Under the pieces are notes generated by a model that did not search any database, was not told where the DNA came from, and was given only the letters and a program-made list of their open reading frames with translations. DNA of 12,050 nt, taken from the NCBI GenBank assembly GCA_045805065.1, contig JBJMMA010000250.1, forward strand, positions 1 to 12,050, in the 5' to 3' direction. This DNA comes from Bdellovibrionia bacterium. Its GTDB lineage: Bacteria; Bdellovibrionota; UBA1018. Each line of letters starts with the position of its first letter. Position 1 is the stretch's first letter. Position numbers and translations under genes: made by a program. Shown here one piece after another: positions 6,474 to 12,050 of this stretch.

Positions 6474-7710
6474 GAAGCCTTCGAGTCCTGAATATGTCAT
6501 TCCCGCGGATCTCGCTGAGGGACTCGCAGATGGGCTGAAAGAGCTCGGGGCAAGCCTTGCCGTCGGACATCAGCCATCGGCTTCGCTCAATCCGCAGGAT
6601 GAGCTGCTTTTTCGCGCCTTTCAATCCAATCTTCTCTCGCTGATCTCGCATGAGCTCAGAACACCTTTGATGGGAATTCTCAATTCAGTGGGCCTTCTGG
6701 ATGATGAGCTCTCGGGGGGCGAGGGGGCTGGCTCGGGAATTCCTCCAGTCGAGCTTGCCAAAATGGCGCGCCAGAATGCGCAGCGCCTGCAGCGTACGCT
6801 CACGACACTTCTCGATATGGCGTCCATTGAGAGCCAGACATTCCATGCGCATCTGCGCGAGATGGAATTGCAGAGAATTGTCCGAGGCCGAATGGAGCTT
6901 CAGAAGTTCGCGTTTAAAGATCACGGCGTGATGGTTGAGATCGAGGGTCCCGCTTCGGATGACGAAGTTGTAGCTCTAGGTGATCCGCAAAAATTTTCCC
7001 GCGCGGTCGATCTTTGCCTGGAAAGCCTGGCATTCCGAGCCAAAAAAGGCTCCATGATAAAACTTCGCATATCCTCAGCACCTGCGCCTGTTGTCAGCTT
7101 TGAGTTTGAGCTGGAAGCCGGCGCCGAAAAGGCTTGGGAAGCGGCCTGGATGCATGGACTGGTGGGGCGTGAAGGTGGCGTGAGTTCGCCCGCTTCGGCT
7201 TTTGCAGGTGTCATGCAAACCGAGCAGGCCTTTCTCACACGCACAGAAGAAGGACTCGGCAGCGAGTTTCTTTTGATTCACGAGATCATGCGGCTTCACC
7301 GCGGATCGTTTGAGCAAGAGACCAAAGGCACAAAAGTTTTGCTCGAATTGAAACTTCCAGAGCTTTCCTCGGAAGAGGGGCTTCGCGCTGTGCTGACTTC
7401 CAGAGCGTACGTCCTGTCGAATCAGACTTCATCCGTGGCGCTGGTTCTTGTGAAGGTTCCCAAAGGCTGGGAGCTGGAGAAGTTCCGGCTGGCACTCAAA
7501 AAACTTTTGTACCGGACAACGGACGGAGCCTACGGTCTTCCTCAGCGAAATGAGATCGCTATTGTGATGGATGATTACAAGCGAAGCGACCTTCCAAAGC
7601 TGGTGAGCCGGATCGAGGGCGTGCTTCAAATCAAGCTCGATTATTCGACCGCCCATTGCCCTGAGGATGTGGCTGACCCGTCCCTCCTTTTTGAGTACGC
7701 AAAGTCTTAG
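6400..7710 (+). CDS. Soluble histidine-kinase-like protein: HisKA (DHp), degenerate HATPase and degenerate GGDEF-like domain
   Basis: H-box ISHELRTPL (His codon 6649-6651) and CA-domain remnants (GDPQKF, TRTEEGLG, IMRLHRGS, LKLP). The C-terminal segment SVALVLV..RTTDGAYGLPQRNEIAIVM..YSTAHCPED..DPSLLFEYA resembles a GGDEF fold. No TM segment is evident. The start is uncertain (TTG 6400, with GAGGA upstream). Confidence 0.82.
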   Translation: MKKDGSLSSKSKTRRNSKSSSAKAEKPSSPEYVIPADLAEGLADGLKELGASLAVGHQPSASLNPQDELLFRAFQSNLLSLISHELRTPLMGILNSVGLLDDELSGGEGAGSGIPPVELAKMARQNAQRLQRTLTTLLDMASIESQTFHAHLREMELQRIVRGRMELQKFAFKDHGVMVEIEGPASDDEVVALGDPQKFSRAVDLCLESLAFRAKKGSMIKLRISSAPAPVVSFEFELEAGAEKAWEAAWMHGLVGREGGVSSPASAFAGVMQTEQAFLTRTEEGLGSEFLLIHEIMRLHRGSFEQETKGTKVLLELKLPELSSEEGLRAVLTSRAYVLSNQTSSVALVLVKVPKGWELEKFRLALKKLLYRTTDGAYGLPQRNEIAIVMDDYKRSDLPKLVSRIEGVLQIKLDYSTAHCPEDVADPSLLFEYAKS

Positions 7711-7799
7711 AAATAAAGAGCTTTTTGGGTCTCCAAGAAGGGCCTTTTGAGGCTAGAGAAAACGCGTCATTTCAGGTATAGCTTTGCACCATTCAATCT

Positions 7800-9331
7800 A
7801 TGCAAAGCCCTAATTCGTCCTCTCCAACGCCAGGCGATTCTAAAGAGAAATTTTTCATCAAGACGTTTGGCTGCCAAATGAACGTGGCAGACTCTGAACG
7901 TATGGCGGCACTCCTTGCCGAGCAAGGCATGGTGCCCGCTGAAAACGCCGAAGAAGCCAGCGTGATTCTGCTGAATGGCTGCTCTGTTCGCGAGAAAGCA
8001 GTTCATAAGGCTGTATCCGCTTTGGGGCGACTGCAAGAGCTCAAGAGCGAAGGCAAAGGTCCGGTGATCGGAATCGGCGGCTGCGTGGGGCAGCTCGATA
8101 AGGGAAACCTTTTCAAAGGCGCGCCCTATCTTGATTTCGTCTTTGGAACCGACACGCTCGATCATCTTCCAGAAATGATTTATCGCGTGAAAAACGGTGA
8201 GCGCCATGCGGTTTACACCGAGTTTGACAAGTCGATGAATTACTCGACTGAGACAAAGATTCACACGCTGAAAGCGCAAGCTTTCGTCAACATCATGAAG
8301 GGCTGCGATAAGTACTGCACGTACTGCATCGTTCCTTTCACGCGCGGTCGCGAAAAGTCACGCACGATCAAAGAAGTCGTCAATGACATCGCAAGACTTG
8401 TGGCGATGGGAGTTCGTGAAGTGACTTTGCTTGGCCAGAACGTGAACTCGTTTGGCAAAGGCAATCCAAACGTCGATGGTCTTGAACCACGCGAGCTTCA
8501 TAACCAGATCGGAAAAGTAGGCCCACGTGCGGGTGAAGAGAACTTCCCCCAGCTTTTGCGCGCCATCGATACCGACCCTCGTTGCGCTGCTTTGAAGCGC
8601 ATTCGCTTTACCTCGAGCCATCCGTTGGATTTCAGCGATGAGCTTATTGAGTGCTATCAACCCGTGGAGCGCGGAGGCGTTGCACGTCTTGCAAAGCATC
8701 TTCATCTGCCTGTGCAAAGCGGATCCAATCGTGTCCTTCAGAAAATGGGACGCCACCATCAGATCGAAGCTTACATTGCTCAGATGGATCGTTTGCGCGA
8801 GATCAGCCCGGACGTTGGAATTTCTACCGACTTGATCGTGGGTTTCCCGACGGAGACAGAAGAAGATTTCCAGGAGACGATCAAGCTTTTGGATCGCATC
8901 CAGTACGATAACATCTACGCCTTTGCTTACTCGGTCCGTCCAGGAACGCGTGCGGCAAAGCTTGAAGATGATGTTCCAGGTGATGTGAAGAACGATCGTC
9001 TGAACCGCCTGCTCGGCCATCAGATGTCCATTTCTGGCAAGACGTACAATAGCCGTATCGGCAAGACGATGGAAATCCTCGTTGAGGGCGAAGCCAAAAA
9101 GCAGAAGCTTGCTCATGGTGGTGAAGGTCGTGTTTGGACCGGCCGCACCTCTTGCATGCGCATTGTGAACTTTGTTTCGGATTCGAACCGCAATCTTTTG
9201 GGCCGATTCCTTGACGTGAAAATCACGGGCGCAACGCCTCTCGCTCTTCAGGGCGAGCTGATTGTGGATCCCCATGAAGCCGAGGGGCTTTCAACTTCTT
9301 ACGCGGCTCCGCGTGAGACGGAGGTTGTATC

Positions 9332-9335
<4 letters not shown>
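7800..9335 (+). CDS. miaB: tRNA-2-methylthio-N6-dimethylallyladenosine synthase (radical SAM methylthiotransferase)
   Basis: TFGCQMNVADSE, CSVREKA and GGCV (N-terminal Fe-S ligands), GCDKYCTYCIVPFTRGREKSR (CxxxCxxC), LLGQNVN, RFTSSHP, HLPVQSGS, IVGFPTET and a C-terminal TRAM domain. Confidence 0.96.
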
Positions 9336-11443
<2,108 letters not shown>

Positions 11444-11445
<2 letters not shown>

Positions 11446-12050
11446 GGCTCACACCTATCAAACGGTTGTCATCTTAGATTACGGCTCACAATACACTCAG
11501 CTCATCGCACGTCGCATTCGTGAGCTTGGAATCTATTCGGTGATCTTGCCGGGAGACGCGAAGCTTGAGCGCATCGAAGGCTATAGTCCCAAGGCTGTGA
11601 TTTTGTCGGGTGGCCCGAATTCTGTTTATGAAGAGGGTGCACCGACTCTTCCTGCGGGGTTTTTGACTAAGCAAGAATCCGCAAAACTCCCGACCCTGGG
11701 TATCTGCTATGGCATGCAGCTTCTGGCTAAAGACCTGGGCGGACGCGTAGAGAAGGGTGATACGCGCGAGTATGGTCGCATGGAAGTCATTGGCGATTGC
11801 GGCAAACGCTTTTTTGCCTGGATGAGCCATGGCGATGAAGTGAAAGAGGTTCCTCCTGGCTTTGATTGCGCTTCAAAGAGCGCTCAGGGAAAAGTTGCTT
11901 CCATGTTCAATGACGATCGTAAGATTTACGGTCTTCAATTTCATCCGGAAGTCACTCATACGGAAAATGGAATCGAGTTTCTGAAAGAGTTCTTGCTCAA
12001 GCAAGCTAACATTCAGCCAGATTGGAACATGGGTTCCGTGCTCGATGAGC
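11444..12050 (+). CDS. guaA: GMP synthase (glutamine-hydrolysing), N-terminal glutaminase domain; 3' end outside the window
   Basis: Manual translation from ATG 11444 (SD GGAG): MAHTYQTVVILDYGSQYTQLIARRIRELG..ILSGGPNSVY..LGICYGMQL..REYG..WMSHGD..YGLQFHPEVTHT. The class I GATase Cys-His-Glu triad is present, and the gene lies directly after guaB. Confidence 0.97.

Noticed and set aside
7715..7748. Terminator after the kinase-like gene
   Set aside because: The stem CTTTTTGG/CCAAGAAG is weak and AT-rich and the T-tract is offset, so it is too poor to call.

Overview
Bacterial chromosomal window of about 52% GC. The style of the secreted hypothetical proteins suggests Bdellovibrionota/Oligoflexia, which is an inference only. 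From left to right it holds: a RecQ-family helicase (minus strand, runs off the left edge); a small secreted two-Cys protein followed by a terminator; a secreted transglutaminase-like protein; and a minus-strand pair of Ala/Gly-rich secreted proteins that share a C-terminal signature. Next come a repeat-rich divergent intergenic region and a two-gene unit. That unit encodes a GcvH-like protein lacking the lipoyl-lysine and a soluble protein with an intact HisKA H-box, a degenerate ATPase domain and a degenerate GGDEF-like domain that keeps an RxxD I-site. The window ends with the housekeeping run miaB, gamma-carbonic-anhydrase-like gene, guaB and guaA (partial). The best candidate for an undescribed system is the pseudo-enzyme signalling module at 6111-7710, possibly together with the divergent secreted pair. 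No rRNA, tRNA, CRISPR array or mobile element was recognised.
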